Source of the DNA: Amphritea sp.
GTDB lineage: Bacteria; Pseudomonadota; Gammaproteobacteria; Pseudomonadales; Balneatricaceae
DNA length: 64,000 bases
Direction: 5' to 3'
Assembly: GCF_050300915.1 (NCBI RefSeq)
Contig: NZ_JBNKYN010000017.1
Coordinates: 312-64,311 of the forward strand
Shown: positions 1-11,849 of the stretch, one piece after another
Numbering within the stretch: position 1 is the stretch's first letter
Layout of the letters: every line of letters begins with the position of its first letter
Notes under the pieces: model-generated
What the model saw: only the letters and a program-made list of their open reading frames with translations
Told to the model about the DNA's origin: nothing
Database searches by the model: none
Translations under genes and position numbers: made by a program

Positions 1-1216
1 GTATTGCTGCCGTCTGGTTTCCGTGGATCACGATAATAGGCGGGTTAGATCCCCCCTGATGCGCATAGCGCAATTTGATACGGTTACCATTAACCATTGG
101 CGGCTGATGATCAGCAACGATATCTTCCAGTAAACGGGTTAGTTTATTGGTCGCCCATTTGGCCATCGCAAAACCGTAAGCTTCATCGACGGACGCAAAC
201 AGATTACCCACTCCACTACCGTGCAACGCTGAGATGAAATGCATACGTGCGAAAGAGACAAATTCAAGACGACGACGCAGCTGTTCACGCACGACCTCTT
301 TTTCATCTCCTGACATACCATCCCATTTATTGACAGCGATAACCAGCGAACGGCCTGAGTCGAGCACATATCCCAAAAGATGCAGATCCTGATCAGAAAC
401 ACCCTCGCGGGCATCAATGACCAACACCACGACATTCGCATCGTTAATTGCGCGCAGAGTCTTGATAATGGAAAATTTTTCCACCGCTTCCGTAACATTT
501 TTACGCCGACGGATACCTGCCGTGTCGATCAGAGTGTAGGGGTCACCATCTCTCTCAAACGGGATATAAATGCTGTCCCGGGTGGTGCCTGCCTGGTCAA
601 ACACAACGACGCGATCTTCACCAAGAATGCGGTTCACCAGGGTCGACTTGCCTACATTAGGGCGTCCAATGATGGCTATTTTCTTTTGCCGCTGACGCTC
701 TTCATCCTCTTCAGTTTCTTCGCGAAGAGGAAGCTCTGCCAGCACATATTCGATTAACTGCGTAACACCACGACCATGAGATGCGGCGATAGGCAGCGGC
801 TCTGAGAGCCCCAAACCGAAAAAGTCAGCGGTCGCAACATCAGGATCAAGACCATCGGTCTTGTTGACAATGAGATAGCTTTCCTTTTCTGAGCGACGCA
901 GATGATCCGCAATCATCTCATCCGCAGGATTAAGGCCTGCACGGGCATCAACCAGAAACAGAACAATATCAGCCTCTTCAATCGCCAATAGCGACTGTTC
1001 CGCCATTTTGTAGTCTATCCCTGCTTCGTCACCGGAGATACCACCGGTGTCGACTACAATATAGTCCCGCTCACCCAGCCGCCCTTCCCCATACTTCCGG
1101 TCACGTGTCAGACCTGAATAGTCAGCAACGAGCGCATCGCGACTTTTTGTCAGCCTGTTAAACAGTGTCGATTTGCCCACATTTGGACGGCCGACGAGTG
1201 CAATTACCGGAAGCAT
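1..1216 (-). CDS. der: Ribosome biogenesis GTPase Der/EngA (3' end runs off window start)
   Basis: Manual translation from ATG at 1216: [23 protein letters not shown]...DTGG...NKTD; second G domain [12 protein letters not shown]. Not in the ORF track because there is no stop inside the window. Usual position after bamB. Confidence 0.96.
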   Translation of the reverse strand, partial: MLPVIALVGRPNVGKSTLFNRLTKSRDALVADYSGLTRDRKYGEGRLGERDYIVVDTGGISGDEAGIDYKMAEQSLLAIEEADIVLFLVDARAGLNPADEMIADHLRRSEKESYLIVNKTDGLDPDVATADFFGLGLSEPLPIAASHGRGVTQLIEYVLAELPLREETEEDEERQRQKKIAIIGRPNVGKSTLVNRILGEDRVVVFDQAGTTRDSIYIPFERDGDPYTLIDTAGIRRRKNVTEAVEKFSIIKTLRAINDANVVVLVIDAREGVSDQDLHLLGYVLDSGRSLVIAVNKWDGMSGDEKEVVREQLRRRLEFVSFARMHFISALHGSGVGNLFASVDEAYGFAMAKWATNKLTRLLEDIVADHQPPMVNGNRIKLRYAHQGGSNPPIIVIHGNQTAAI

Positions 1217-1262
1217 ATTTTTATTACCAACTTTTAAAAAACGTTTTCATATAAAACAAAAT

Positions 1263-1292
1263 GGCGGCTACCTGACACAACAGATAGCCGCC
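1263..1292 (-). terminator. Intrinsic-terminator-like hairpin between bamB and der
   Basis: GGCGGCTA...TAGCCGCC stem followed on the minus strand by ATTTTGTTTT. Confidence 0.5.
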
Positions 1293-1310
1293 TGAATACC
1301 CATGCAGTGA

Positions 1311-2459
1311 TTAGTTCAGCTGTAGCGCAACCAGACGCCCACCATTACCTAACACGTACAGTACATCATCTACAACGGCCATATCGCCACGAACGCCGTC
1401 ACTATCGACCTGATAACGAGCGACAAAATGCCCGTCAACCTGGGACATGAAGTGCAGGTAACCATCAAAATCTCCGACAACAACCGTGGTGCCCAACGCC
1501 ATTGGAGCAGTTGTTTGGCGATTTTCAAGTGCTGTCTGCCGCCAGACACTAGCGCTACTACGCTGATCGAACGCCTCAATAAATCCATCCGCCTGACTGA
1601 CATACACGTTGCCAAATCCTGCGGTCAGGCTTTGATAGCTCGATGCATTCTGCGACCAGAGAATCTGAGCATCCTGCGCACTAACCGCAACCAGTTTCCC
1701 CTGATAGCTGACAATATAGATAACACCATTAATATACAGTGGACGCGCATCTATATCGATCAGACGTTCCAGCTCGGTTTTACCTTCCGGAACAGTAATC
1801 TGACGCTCCCACAACTCAGCACCACTATCATTTCGCAAAGCAACCAGTTTACCGTTGGCAAAACCAGCAATGGTCACATTTGATGCAACGATAGGCGAAC
1901 TTGTGCCGCGCAAAGTGAGCCGGGGGATCTGACTATCGTAACTCCAGAGGCGCTTACCGCTACTGATATCCATAGCCACCAGTTTGCCGTTTTGCAGCTG
2001 CGCAACCGCAATATCGCTATTCATCTGGATGGGACTTAGTGTTTCACTACTGAGCTGCTGGCGCCACATCTCAGCACCATCAGTGGCACTGAGCATAACG
2101 ACCTCACCGGATTCAGTGGTAACAGCAACATGGTTTGGCCCGACGCCCACACCTCCTAACAGTGGAGTATCGAGATCATGTTCCCAGATGGGTTTACCAT
2201 CTTTACGCTCATACGCGAAAACTTTACCCTCAACATCCAAGGCATAGATCACGTCCGCGTTGATAGCCAGACTCAGTTTATTAAACTTCGCTCCAAGGCC
2301 CGCCCCGACTGAACGGCTCCAGAGAACTTTAACCTCTTTTTCAGCTTGGAAGTCCACCAGCTCAGCTGGCTCAACTTCAACCTCACCGCCCCACCAACCG
2401 CAGGCATTGATAGTCAGTGTGGTAATAGCAAGCAGTAACACTCTGCACAGCTGTTTCAT
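1311..2459 (-). CDS. bamB: Outer membrane protein assembly factor BamB (lipoprotein, PQQ-like beta-propeller)
   Basis: Lipobox TINAC; repeated G..W beta-propeller motifs; position between yfgM and der. Confidence 0.93.
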   Translation of the reverse strand: MKQLCRVLLLAITTLTINACGWWGGEVEVEPAELVDFQAEKEVKVLWSRSVGAGLGAKFNKLSLAINADVIYALDVEGKVFAYERKDGKPIWEHDLDTPLLGGVGVGPNHVAVTTESGEVVMLSATDGAEMWRQQLSSETLSPIQMNSDIAVAQLQNGKLVAMDISSGKRLWSYDSQIPRLTLRGTSSPIVASNVTIAGFANGKLVALRNDSGAELWERQITVPEGKTELERLIDIDARPLYINGVIYIVSYQGKLVAVSAQDAQILWSQNASSYQSLTAGFGNVYVSQADGFIEAFDQRSSASVWRQTALENRQTTAPMALGTTVVVGDFDGYLHFMSQVDGHFVARYQVDSDGVRGDMAVVDDVLYVLGNGGRLVALQLN

Positions 2460-2462
2460 CTG

Positions 2463-3119
2463 TTAACTTCCTTTAACGGCCAGGCTTTCAAGCTTAAGGC
2501 TGAGGAGTGGACGCCCCCCCTGAGGTGCATCCGCGATAGCGGCCTGATAGGCAGCGCGCGCTTTATCAACCTCTCCCATCTGCAGATAGAGGTCCCCTTT
2601 CAACTCAGCTACGCTGACACTGAAACTCGGCTCTTTAAGTCCTTCCAGAAGCGCAACCGCCTTGTCCAGATCACCCATCGCGGCCATTACCCGCGCTTTG
2701 CGCATCGAAGCGACCGCCTGCATAACACTGTCATCGGACTGAGCCAATACCCAGTCCAGCTCACTCAACGCTGCCGGATAGTCACCAGCATCAACAAACA
2801 GACGCGCACTGAACAGAGCGCCAAAACGGGCATAAGCGGTGTCACCATATTCAGCTTTTAGCGTCTTCGCCAGATGTGCAGCAGTCGCCCGCTGGGCGTC
2901 AGTCGCTTGCGGCGCACTCGCCAGAGATACGGCCTGTACCAAGTTCTGGTACATGGCGGCTGCGTTTTCTGCCGTCACACGCTGATTGTTCTGCCAGGCC
3001 TTCCAGCCGAAGACAACGGCCAGCGCCAGAGCAATAGTCAAAACCAGAGACTTACCGTTCTCTTTCCACCAGTTCTTTAACGCTTCAACCTGTTCTTCTT
3101 CAGTGCGCATATCCGACAC
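2463..3119 (-). CDS. yfgM: YfgM family TPR ancillary SecYEG subunit
   Basis: TEEEQVEALKNWWKENG motif, single TM helix, TPR-like C-terminus; synteny hisS-yfgM-bamB. Confidence 0.92.
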   Translation of the reverse strand: MSDMRTEEEQVEALKNWWKENGKSLVLTIALALAVVFGWKAWQNNQRVTAENAAAMYQNLVQAVSLASAPQATDAQRATAAHLAKTLKAEYGDTAYARFGALFSARLFVDAGDYPAALSELDWVLAQSDDSVMQAVASMRKARVMAAMGDLDKAVALLEGLKEPSFSVSVAELKGDLYLQMGEVDKARAAYQAAIADAPQGGRPLLSLKLESLAVKGS

Positions 3120-3152
3120 AGCTTGCTCCTAATCGCCTTCTCAATTTATTTA

Positions 3153-4418
3153 TTATGCCTGTTGCTGTTGTTGCAGCAAGCTACTCAGGTGGTTGACCTG
3201 AACATCATAGGTTGGTTCAGAGTTATACCACAGGTTGGCAAGCAGAGACTCGTTTTCTTCACGAACCAGCACCACCCAGGGCGCGCCTGTCTGTCGCGCT
3301 TTACTACTGATATTTTTCAGACCACTGCAATGCACCCGAACGCGCAACCCGGGCAGTTGATCGCGCAACTGTTCTGCCAACAACATCAGCGATTGCTGTA
3401 AGCCTTTATGTTCAGCAGCCAGATAGAGATCAAACGGCTGTTTAACCTCAGCCGGAATTACTTCGAGTGTTTCCAGTAACAGAATCAGACGTTCAACACC
3501 CATGGCAAAACCGACAGCAGGAGTAGGCCGCCCTCCGAGCTGCTTCACCAACCCATCATAACGCCCACCGGCACACACAGTACCCTGAGCACCAAGCTTA
3601 TCGGTGACCCACTCAAACACTGTTTTGCAATAGTAATCCAGCCCACGAACCAGGCGTGGATTCAGCTCATAGGCGATACCTGCCTGATCAAGCATTGCGC
3701 ACAGTTCAGCAAAATGCTCACGGGACTCCGTATCCAGATACTCATTCAGCGATGGCGCATCATCCAGCAACGACTGGGTTTGCGGATCTTTACTGTCGAG
3801 AATCCGCAGCGGGTTACTACTCAAGCGGCGCTGACTGTCTTCATCCAACTGATCCTTACGCGCCGAAAGATAGGCGACCAATGCCTCTTTATACTCTCTG
3901 CGGGCCTCATTACTGCCAAGGGAGTTCAGTTGCAGAGTAACGTCATCAAGAATACCCAGTTGCTTCCACAACCGCGCACTGAGCATAATTACTTCAGCAT
4001 CAATATCGGCACTGGACATACCAAAAGTTTCTACACCTATCTGATGAAACTGACGATAACGTCCCTTCTGCGGCTTTTCATAGCGAAACATCGGCCCCTG
4101 ATACCACAACCGCTGGGCCTGGTTAAACAGCAACCCATGCTCTTCACCAGCACGTACACAGCTGGCAGTACCTTCAGGCCGTAATGTCAGGCTCTCACCG
4201 TTGCGATCCTCAAAGGTGTACATCTCTTTCTCAACGATGTCGGTCACTTCGCCGATAGAACGTTTAAAAAGATCTGTTTGCTCAACAATCGGCATACGGA
4301 TCTCAGAATACCCATAAGCACTGAGTACCGACTTCACACTCTTCTCAAGAAAATGCCAGACCGGTGTCTGGTCTGGCAGGATGTCATTCATTCCGCGTAT
4401 GGCGTTAATCTTGGCCAA
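3153..4418 (-). CDS. hisS: Histidine--tRNA ligase
   Basis: [49 protein letters not shown] motifs. Confidence 0.97.
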   Translation of the reverse strand: MAKINAIRGMNDILPDQTPVWHFLEKSVKSVLSAYGYSEIRMPIVEQTDLFKRSIGEVTDIVEKEMYTFEDRNGESLTLRPEGTASCVRAGEEHGLLFNQAQRLWYQGPMFRYEKPQKGRYRQFHQIGVETFGMSSADIDAEVIMLSARLWKQLGILDDVTLQLNSLGSNEARREYKEALVAYLSARKDQLDEDSQRRLSSNPLRILDSKDPQTQSLLDDAPSLNEYLDTESREHFAELCAMLDQAGIAYELNPRLVRGLDYYCKTVFEWVTDKLGAQGTVCAGGRYDGLVKQLGGRPTPAVGFAMGVERLILLLETLEVIPAEVKQPFDLYLAAEHKGLQQSLMLLAEQLRDQLPGLRVRVHCSGLKNISSKARQTGAPWVVLVREENESLLANLWYNSEPTYDVQVNHLSSLLQQQQQA

Positions 4419-4451
4419 TGTTCGTTACCTGATCTGTTACTGCTTTATTAA

Positions 4452-5435
4452 CTATTGCGGCAGTGTCAGGCGTACTACGCCTGAACGACTGTCGCGATTA
4501 AACTCTACCGGCGAACCGTTGAAAAAAACCTCTCCCACGGCCTCAACCCTGCCCAGCAGAAGCTTTATCGGCGTTTCGCCAACGACACTGAGTTCACTTC
4601 CGGCGGGCTTAACCCGCATCGCCAGCACCTTACCGGTATGATCTTCAACACTCACCCAACATTCATCGGTAAAGGTGATCCGCAGGGAAGCATCATTCTC
4701 ACCAAGTGGCTGCTGATCAGACGCTTCGACAACCTCATCTTCAGCAACAGGCGCTTCTACCGTATCAGCTGTTTCAGCCGTGCCCTCGGCTATAACCGCT
4801 ACAGAGCTGTCGACGCCGATATCTGCTGCGCTGCCCTGTTCATCTTCAGCAACGATAGCCGGCATGGCCGGATCGGTTTCTGACGACTGTCCATAGGGTT
4901 GCTCAATGTTTTCCGTGATGCCAGACGGAACAATCAATGTGCTGCCATCAACGGATTCAACCTCTACCGATTGAGACACCGGCAACTTGGAAACTGGCTG
5001 ATCAACGCCCTGTTGAGTTTTCCACCACCAGACCGTGGCGGCAATAATTACCAGCACAAAAATCCAGGCAGACCACTTAATAACCGGATCCCCCAGTTTG
5101 GCCGTGGACTGCACCCCAGGAGCGATACGGAACTGAGGTGCAGCACCCACGCCAGTGCGTCCGTAAAGACGATCAAACAATCCCAGATAGTATACAGAAT
5201 CCAGCTTCAGCAGTTTGGTATATGACTGAACATATCCCCGGGCAAACACCATACTTGGCAGTTCATTGAAAGCGCCACGCTCCAGTGAATCGATATATTT
5301 CTCTGACAGTCTTAACTCACGGGCAACATCATTCTTGGTGAGCCCCTGTTGCTCCCTGGCAGCCGCCAACTCCCCAGCCGGAAACGCGGTTTCGAGCCCT
5401 TCATCCTCTTGATTCAGCAACTGCTCATTACTCAC
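4452..5435 (-). CDS. rodZ: Cell shape protein RodZ (HTH, TM, DUF4115)
   Basis: N-terminal HTH (LAAAREQQGLT...FARGYVQSY), one TM helix, C-terminal F...CWVSV domain; synteny. Confidence 0.9.
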   Translation of the reverse strand: MSNEQLLNQEDEGLETAFPAGELAAAREQQGLTKNDVARELRLSEKYIDSLERGAFNELPSMVFARGYVQSYTKLLKLDSVYYLGLFDRLYGRTGVGAAPQFRIAPGVQSTAKLGDPVIKWSAWIFVLVIIAATVWWWKTQQGVDQPVSKLPVSQSVEVESVDGSTLIVPSGITENIEQPYGQSSETDPAMPAIVAEDEQGSAADIGVDSSVAVIAEGTAETADTVEAPVAEDEVVEASDQQPLGENDASLRITFTDECWVSVEDHTGKVLAMRVKPAGSELSVVGETPIKLLLGRVEAVGEVFFNGSPVEFNRDSRSGVVRLTLPQ

Positions 5436-6193
5436 GGAGTAGACTCCTTATACTGCTGATACTCTTCTGAATCCGGAAACATATTTTTCAGGATCAGACC
5501 ATAGGTCGCAGCATCAACGCCGCTATTCTTCAACCGGGATATCCGCACCCCAAGCCACAGACTCTGAGCGCTATGCTGAACCTGTTTTGCATCCACCATC
5601 GCGCTGAACTGATCAAACAAACTAATCGCTTCTGCCTGATCGCCTTTCTGCATCATCACATCAGACAGCTGCAAAATGGCCAGAGGCCTTTTCGGATTCA
5701 ATGTCAGACTACGCTTAAAGGCATGCTCTGCAGCATCCAGACGATCAATCAGCAAATAACACCGGCCAAGGTTTTCAAACGCCTGGCTGCGCTGATTATA
5801 AAAGGGATCTTCAGTGGCCCGGGCCAACTCTTTACAGGCCTCAGGGTAACGCTTAATACTAAAGAGAAAAGCGCCATAGTTGTTATGCATCATGGCGCTG
5901 TCAGGCGCTACTTTAATCGCCTTTTTAAAGTAGCTTTCTGCCAACGACACATCTTCTTCCATCTGGAACACCATCGCCAGGCCGTTATACGCCTGGGCAG
6001 AATCCGCATCAATCTCAATAGAGCGCTGAAACGCCAGTTTTGCGTTGCCGGTATCACCCCGACGTAAATACTGCATACCTAACGAGTTATATGCCTGAAC
6101 CGCCTTAGGAACATCCTGCTCTGCTGTCGAGACTTGCTGCCCCGCACATCCAGTTATCAATAGACTAATCAGTAATATCAGATAACCTTTCAA
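5432..6193 (-). CDS. pilW: Type IV pilus biogenesis/stability TPR lipoprotein PilW (PilF)
   Basis: Lipobox LITGC, TPRs with NNYGAFL, C-terminal FPDSEEY; between rlmN and rodZ. Confidence 0.88.
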   Translation of the reverse strand: MKGYLILLISLLITGCAGQQVSTAEQDVPKAVQAYNSLGMQYLRRGDTGNAKLAFQRSIEIDADSAQAYNGLAMVFQMEEDVSLAESYFKKAIKVAPDSAMMHNNYGAFLFSIKRYPEACKELARATEDPFYNQRSQAFENLGRCYLLIDRLDAAEHAFKRSLTLNPKRPLAILQLSDVMMQKGDQAEAISLFDQFSAMVDAKQVQHSAQSLWLGVRISRLKNSGVDAATYGLILKNMFPDSEEYQQYKESTP

Positions 6194-6233
6194 TCGTATG
6201 CACTCCTGGCGAGATTAATGTCACATGTCTGAA

Positions 6234-7367
6234 TTAACGGGGCGGTTCCTGTTGCACCCCGCTCGCGTCCGTAAGCGGGATATACTTTTCGCTGCGACGG
6301 GTACGGTCCATTACCTGTCCAACCAACTGTCCACAAGCCGCATCTACATCATCCCCCCGGGTGCGGCGAACAGTCGTAACAACACCAGCCTTAACCATCA
6401 CCATCTTAAACGCCTGGATCGCATCTTCAGACGGGCGCCGGTAGTCTGAGTTCGGAAACGGGTTAAATGGTATTAGGTTTAGCTTGCAGGGTAAACGCTT
6501 TAACAGCTTAACTAGCTGTTTTGCTTGACTTGGGTGATCATTTACACCGGCTATCAGAGTATATTCGACGGTGATAACCCGCTTATCCTTCAGGCTTGCC
6601 ATATAACGGTTGCAGGCATCCACCAGCTCAGCGATCGGATAGCGCTTATTGATCGGCACTAACTGGTCACGCAGCTCATCGGTTGGTGCATGCAAAGAGA
6701 TCGCCAACGACACATCCGTGACCTCACTCAGCTTATCGATCTGCGGCACCACACCTGCGGTACTCAAAGTAACACGGCGCTTGGACAAACCGTAAGCATT
6801 ATCATCCATCATCAGATGAATCGCGTCGACGACATTGTCAAAATTCATCAACGGCTCACCCATTCCCATCAGCACCACATTGGTAACACGGCGATCACCG
6901 TTGGGGTCAAACGGGCCGAATGAACGGATCGCAACCCGTACCTGACCAATAATTTCTGCAGCACTCAGGTTGCGGTTAAAACCCTGTTTACCCGTTGAGC
7001 AGAAACTACAGTCCAGCGAGCAGCCAATCTGGGATGAAATACACAGCGTCGCCCGGCCATTTTCTGGAATCAGCACCGCTTCTACCGCAGAGCCACCATC
7101 CAGACGAATAACCCACTTACGGGTACCGTCTTTGGAAATATTCTGCACCAGCACTTCAGGCTCGCGAATTTCAGACACTTCACTCAGCTTTTGCCTCAGC
7201 GACTTGCTGATATTGGTCATTTCATCAAAGCTGCTGGCACCAAACTGATGAATCCATTTCAGCACCTGAGTCGAGCGAAACGGTTTTTCGCCGATGCTCA
7301 CAAAATACTCTTCCAATTTCTTTGGAGAGAATCCGAGCAGGTTAATTTTAGGAGTGGATTCAGTCAT
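6234..7367 (-). CDS. rlmN: Dual-specificity RNA methyltransferase RlmN (radical SAM)
   Basis: [33 protein letters not shown]; start placed at ATG 7367 (ORF track 7385). Confidence 0.96.
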   Translation of the reverse strand: MTESTPKINLLGFSPKKLEEYFVSIGEKPFRSTQVLKWIHQFGASSFDEMTNISKSLRQKLSEVSEIREPEVLVQNISKDGTRKWVIRLDGGSAVEAVLIPENGRATLCISSQIGCSLDCSFCSTGKQGFNRNLSAAEIIGQVRVAIRSFGPFDPNGDRRVTNVVLMGMGEPLMNFDNVVDAIHLMMDDNAYGLSKRRVTLSTAGVVPQIDKLSEVTDVSLAISLHAPTDELRDQLVPINKRYPIAELVDACNRYMASLKDKRVITVEYTLIAGVNDHPSQAKQLVKLLKRLPCKLNLIPFNPFPNSDYRRPSEDAIQAFKMVMVKAGVVTTVRRTRGDDVDAACGQLVGQVMDRTRRSEKYIPLTDASGVQQEPPR

Positions 7368-7420
7368 AAGGGTCTCAACTTTCATGAAATGACGGGCCGC
7401 CGGTCAGCGGCCCGCTGGGA

Positions 7421-7828
7421 TTACTTACCGAAGAAGTAAGCGATCTCACGTTCTGCAGACGCTGCAGAATCAGAACCGTGTACAGCGTTCGCATCGATAG
7501 ACTGAGCGAAATCACGACGGATAGTACCTTCAGCCGCTTCCTGTGGGTTAGTCGCACCCATCAGTTCACGGTTCAGAGCGATAGCGTTTTCACCTTCCAG
7601 CACCTGAACAACAACAGGACCAGAGGTCATGAATTCAACCAGATCACCGAAGAAAGGACGCTCTTTGTGCTCAGCGTAAAAGCCTTCAGCTTCTTCACGG
7701 GTCAGTTGCTTCAGTTGCATCTCAACGATTTTCAGACCGTTGGATTCAAAACGGGAAACGATTTTACCGATAACATTCTTTGCAACTGCATCAGGCTTGA
7801 TGATAGAAAAAGTACGTTCGATAGCCAT
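7421..7828 (-). CDS. ndk: Nucleoside-diphosphate kinase
   Basis: [12 protein letters not shown] and NAVHGSDS motifs. Confidence 0.97.
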   Translation of the reverse strand: MAIERTFSIIKPDAVAKNVIGKIVSRFESNGLKIVEMQLKQLTREEAEGFYAEHKERPFFGDLVEFMTSGPVVVQVLEGENAIALNRELMGATNPQEAAEGTIRRDFAQSIDANAVHGSDSAASAEREIAYFFGK

Positions 7829-7960
7829 GTGCTATTAATCCTCTGTGTAAAGTTCAGGGCCGTTTAAAGCCTGCCGACTAAAGTCGCAGACTTGCCAGAA
7901 AAATGAAACGCGCAATTATACGCTAAGCTATCCTGACTGAACAGCGCCTCCAACCACGAA

Positions 7961-7985
7961 AAAGCCCGCATTTGCGGGCTTTTTC
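7961..7985. terminator. Bidirectional-looking intrinsic terminator after iscX
   Basis: AAAAGCCCGCATTTGCGGGCTTTTT. Confidence 0.75.
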
Positions 7986-7993
7986 AGCATTAG

Positions 7994-8188
7994 CTACTGA
8001 CGTTCTTCAATCCAGGCCATCTGAATCCCTTCCAGCACTTTCTCACCACACCGTTCAGGATCATCATCGAAGCCATCCAGCCCCATTACCCATTCGTACA
8101 ACTGGGGAAAACTAACTGTCAGTGGATCCGTATCCGGATACGCCTCATCCAGCTCTATTGCGATATCGTAAACATCTACCCACTTCAT
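7994..8188 (-). CDS. iscX: Fe-S cluster assembly protein IscX
   Basis: MKWVDVYDIAIEL...LEGIQMAWIEE; last gene of the isc cluster. Confidence 0.93.
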   Translation of the reverse strand: MKWVDVYDIAIELDEAYPDTDPLTVSFPQLYEWVMGLDGFDDDPERCGEKVLEGIQMAWIEERQ

Positions 8189-8233
8189 AACCGCCTCCGG
8201 TCTATTCTACAGCTCAGGTATTAAACTCAGGTT

Positions 8234-8572
8234 TCAATGACGTTCAGAAACCTGATTAATCGTATACCTTGGTATCTCAACCACCAGGTCATCCTCACCA
8301 ACCACCGCCTGACAACTCAAGCGGGACTCGGGCTCCAGCCCCCAGGCTTTATCCAGCATATCATCCTCAAGCTCATCAGACTCTGCCAGCGAACCAAAGC
8401 CCTCCCGAACAATCACATGACAGGTGGTACAGGCACAGGACTTTTCACAGGCGTGTTCTATCTCAATTCCTTCCCGCAAAGCAGCATCGCAGACAGTTTC
8501 CCCCACTTCAGCCTCAATCACCCTGCCCTCTGGACATAGCTCCTCATGGGGCAGAAAAATAATCTGTGGCAT
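8234..8572 (-). CDS. fdx: ISC [2Fe-2S] ferredoxin
   Basis: HACEKSCACTTCHV and SRLSCQA. Confidence 0.96.
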   Translation of the reverse strand: MPQIIFLPHEELCPEGRVIEAEVGETVCDAALREGIEIEHACEKSCACTTCHVIVREGFGSLAESDELEDDMLDKAWGLEPESRLSCQAVVGEDDLVVEIPRYTINQVSERH

Positions 8573-10446
8573 CAGGCACCTCCCTCAATCTCGTTAATAC
8601 TATGACCTTTAAGCGCCTTTCTAATGCTTTGATCCATTCGCCGGGCCGCAAAAAAATCGCTGGCCTGAGACAAGACCTTCACACCATTCTCAATTGCCGA
8701 TGTATCGGTTCCGTTGCGCAGCATCAGCAGACGATCCATCTGCTCACGCAGATGCTCAACTTCTTCCGGGGTTAGCAGAACATCCCCGTCTGCCTGTATC
8801 GCCTGTTCCAGCGACAACAACAAGCGATCCGCCTCAACCTGTTGCTCACGCAAATTGCGCAGCACCATATCATCTTCAGCAAAGCTGTAAGAGGCCTTCA
8901 GCATCTCTGCAATCTCATTGTCATCCAAACCATAAGAGGGCTTAACCTGAATTTCACTCTCAATTCCACTAGACAACTCTTTCGCCGACACCCCCAGCAG
9001 GCCATCCGCATCCACCTGAAAAGCGACTCTGATTTTAGCAGCACCAGCCGTCATCGGCGGAATACCCCGCAGCACAAACTGAGCCAGCGAGCGACAGTCA
9101 TCAACCAGCTCCCGTTCTCCCTGCACCACATGGATCATCATCGCCGTCTGACCATCCTGATAGGTGGTAAACTCCTGCGCCCTGGCAACCGGAATCGATG
9201 TATTCCGGTGGATAACTTTCTCAGCCAGCCCCCCCATGGTCTCAAGCCCCAGCGACAGGGGCAGCACATCCAGCAACAGCATCTCGCTATCAGGTTTATT
9301 ACCCGCTAACACATCCGCCTGAATAGCAGCACCAACCGCAACTACGCGGTCCGGATCGATATCAATTCGCGGTGCACGTGCAAAAAAAGCTTCAACGCGA
9401 CTGCGCACAACCGGCATCCGGGTGCTGCCACCAACCATGACAACATCCTGAACCTCTTCGATAGCAACCCCCGCATCTTTCAATGCCCGACGACAAGCAC
9501 GGATGGTTTTACTTACCAGAGACTCAACCAGACTATCAAACAACTCCCGGGACACCTCTAACGAGATTTTCTGACCTGCATGATCCAGGTCCACAGCAAC
9601 CGTCGGATTATCAGTCAAACGCTCTTTCACCCAGCGGGCTTTCTCAGTGAGATAGCGCGACTCGCCCGCAACCACCTCTTTACCGCCTAGCTGTTCAAGA
9701 AACCATTGTGCCAATGCAAGGTCGAAGTCATCGCCACCCAGAGCACTGTCGCCACCGGTCGCCAGCACCTCAAACACCCCTTTATTCAAGCGCAGAATAG
9801 AGATATCAAAAGTACCACCACCAAGGTCATAAACCGCAATGACACCCTCTGCCGCTTTATCCAGACCATAAGCAACCGCAGCAGCAGTCGGCTCATTCAG
9901 CAACCGCAGAACTTTAATTCCTGCCAGCTGCGCGGCATCTTTAGTCGCCTGACGCTGGGCATCATCAAAATAAGCGGGAACCGTTATCACCGCACCTTCA
10001 AGCTCACCTTCAAGGCTCGCCCGGGCACGCGCCTTCAGGGTTTTCAGAATTTCCGCAGAGATTTCAACAGGACTTTTATCCCCTGCAACCGTCTGCAAAT
10101 AGGGCATGCCGCCATCCCGCTCAGCAAAGCGATACACAGCCTCGCCTTCAAGCCCTTTCAGATCATCAATACCACGCCCCATCAGACGCTTTACGGATAC
10201 AATTGTGTTAAACGGGTCAACCGAGGCTTTCGACAGCGCTGCCTGGCCAACCACCACTCCCTGCTCGGTATAACGCACCACAGAGGGCAGCAGGTGGCTA
10301 CCCCCTTCATCAGGCAGGGTGGATGATTCGCCACTGCGTACGGTAGCGACCAGCGAATTGGTAGTACCTAAATCGATGCCTACCGCAAGCTTACGCTTGT
10401 GGGGTTCAGGACTTTGTCCCGGTTCTGCTATCTGCAATAACGCCAT
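8572..10446 (-). CDS. hscA: Fe-S protein assembly chaperone HscA (Hsp70)
   Basis: [28 protein letters not shown]. Confidence 0.96.
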   Translation of the reverse strand: MALLQIAEPGQSPEPHKRKLAVGIDLGTTNSLVATVRSGESSTLPDEGGSHLLPSVVRYTEQGVVVGQAALSKASVDPFNTIVSVKRLMGRGIDDLKGLEGEAVYRFAERDGGMPYLQTVAGDKSPVEISAEILKTLKARARASLEGELEGAVITVPAYFDDAQRQATKDAAQLAGIKVLRLLNEPTAAAVAYGLDKAAEGVIAVYDLGGGTFDISILRLNKGVFEVLATGGDSALGGDDFDLALAQWFLEQLGGKEVVAGESRYLTEKARWVKERLTDNPTVAVDLDHAGQKISLEVSRELFDSLVESLVSKTIRACRRALKDAGVAIEEVQDVVMVGGSTRMPVVRSRVEAFFARAPRIDIDPDRVVAVGAAIQADVLAGNKPDSEMLLLDVLPLSLGLETMGGLAEKVIHRNTSIPVARAQEFTTYQDGQTAMMIHVVQGERELVDDCRSLAQFVLRGIPPMTAGAAKIRVAFQVDADGLLGVSAKELSSGIESEIQVKPSYGLDDNEIAEMLKASYSFAEDDMVLRNLREQQVEADRLLLSLEQAIQADGDVLLTPEEVEHLREQMDRLLMLRNGTDTSAIENGVKVLSQASDFFAARRMDQSIRKALKGHSINEIEGGA

Positions 10447-10452
10447 ATTTAT

Positions 10453-10995
10453 TTATTCGTCGAAAAGTTGATCTTCAAGAGCCTCGATTTCACGGCCCAG
10501 CTTATCAATAAACTGCATCTTTCTGACACACACTGCGGCAGCCTCCAGTGCTGAAGGCGTCGACTGTTTGTAGTATCTATCAAACTGATCACGCAAAGAG
10601 TTCATCTCCTGATCAACCGTTTGCTGCAATACCGCAAGATCCGCCTCTGGATCTGCCGAACCAGCAACCTCTTCCAGCGACTCCCGCAACTCCATTTGTT
10701 GCATAAGGAACATGGGATCAAGCTGCACCTGAGTTTCAGAGAATGTATCAATACCGTCCAGCTTCAACAGATATTGAGCACGGGAGAGAGGATTTTTCAG
10801 TGTCGAGACCGCCTCATTCAAATAGGCAGTGTACTGGACTGAGAGCCGACGTTCGCGATCAGAAAGATGTGAAAAACGATCAGGATGCAGGGTTTTCTGC
10901 AACTCCCGGCTTCGCTCAGACAGGGCTTGCAGGTCCAGCTGATACGTCACCGGCAGAGCTAAAAACTCGAAATAGTTCTGGGTAATATCCATCAT
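10453..10995 (-). CDS. hscB: Co-chaperone HscB (J-domain)
   Basis: HPD J-domain motif, LKNPLSRAQYLL, FLMQQMELRE. Confidence 0.95.
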   Translation of the reverse strand: MMDITQNYFEFLALPVTYQLDLQALSERSRELQKTLHPDRFSHLSDRERRLSVQYTAYLNEAVSTLKNPLSRAQYLLKLDGIDTFSETQVQLDPMFLMQQMELRESLEEVAGSADPEADLAVLQQTVDQEMNSLRDQFDRYYKQSTPSALEAAAVCVRKMQFIDKLGREIEALEDQLFDE

Positions 10996-11067
10996 TCAAC
11001 CAGCAAGTGAAAAGGAGGTTAACCGTATTAAAGCGCCCAGGTCTTCAGGCACTTTAATAACTCGGCG

Positions 11068-11391
11068 CTAAATATTAAAACTTTCGCCGCAACCGCACTC
11101 GTTTTTGACGTTAGGGTTATTAAATTTAAACCCCTCATTAAGACCCTCTTTAACGAAGTCGAGCTCGGTACCATCCAGATAAAGCAGACTCTTAGGATCA
11201 ATCACAACACTCACACCGCCAGACTCAAACACCTGATCTTCATCCTGAACATCATCAACAAACTCCAACACATAAGCCATACCGGAACAACCAGAGGTGC
11301 GAACCCCCAGACGAATGCCATACCCATGTCCCCGGGTCTTAAGATATTTACTGACATGATCAGACGCTGCCGGTGTCATTGTAATTGCCAT
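11068..11391 (-). CDS. iscA: Fe-S cluster assembly protein IscA
   Basis: SGCSG and CGCGESF motifs. Confidence 0.96.
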   Translation of the reverse strand: MAITMTPAASDHVSKYLKTRGHGYGIRLGVRTSGCSGMAYVLEFVDDVQDEDQVFESGGVSVVIDPKSLLYLDGTELDFVKEGLNEGFKFNNPNVKNECGCGESFNI

Positions 11392-11424
11392 GAATCCGTT
11401 TACTCCGTTGAGCCATTAGCCCTG

Positions 11425-11814
11425 TTATTGCTTTTTCGCCTGCTTTTCTTTGTAGTCGGCAACCGCCGCTTTAATCGCATCTTCTGCTAACACTGAGCAG
11501 TGAATCTTAACCGGCGGCAATGCCAGCTCTTCAGCGATCTTAGTATTCTTCAGTTCCTGCGCCTGATCCAGAGTCATCCCTTTCACCCACTCAGTCACCA
11601 GGGAGCTGGAGGCAATCGCCGAACCACAGCCATAGGTTTTAAACTTAGCATCTTCAATAATGCCGTCTTCACTCACCTTAATCTGCAGCCGCATAACGTC
11701 ACCACAGGCAGGCGCACCCACCATACCTGTACCGATGTTATCATCCTGATCATTCATTTTGCCGACATTACGAGGATTTTCGTAATGATCGATAACCTGT
11801 TCACTATAAGCCAT
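11425..11814 (-). CDS. iscU: Fe-S scaffold protein IscU
   Basis: GAPACGDVM, FKTYGCGSAIASSS, LPPVKIHCS. Confidence 0.97.
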   Translation of the reverse strand: MAYSEQVIDHYENPRNVGKMNDQDDNIGTGMVGAPACGDVMRLQIKVSEDGIIEDAKFKTYGCGSAIASSSLVTEWVKGMTLDQAQELKNTKIAEELALPPVKIHCSVLAEDAIKAAVADYKEKQAKKQ

Positions 11815-11849
11815 AACGACCTCCTAAAGCAGTTTCCACCGAATGAAGA

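Noticed and set aside
1244-1258. 14-nt match (TTTCATATAAAACA) upstream of der to the candidate MarR box at 42853
   Set aside because: AT-rich and lacks the outer palindrome; most likely chance.
3153-3170. Poly-Gln tail of HisS as a contingency repeat
   Set aside because: Only five mixed CAG/CAA codons at the extreme C-terminus; too short to support phase variation.
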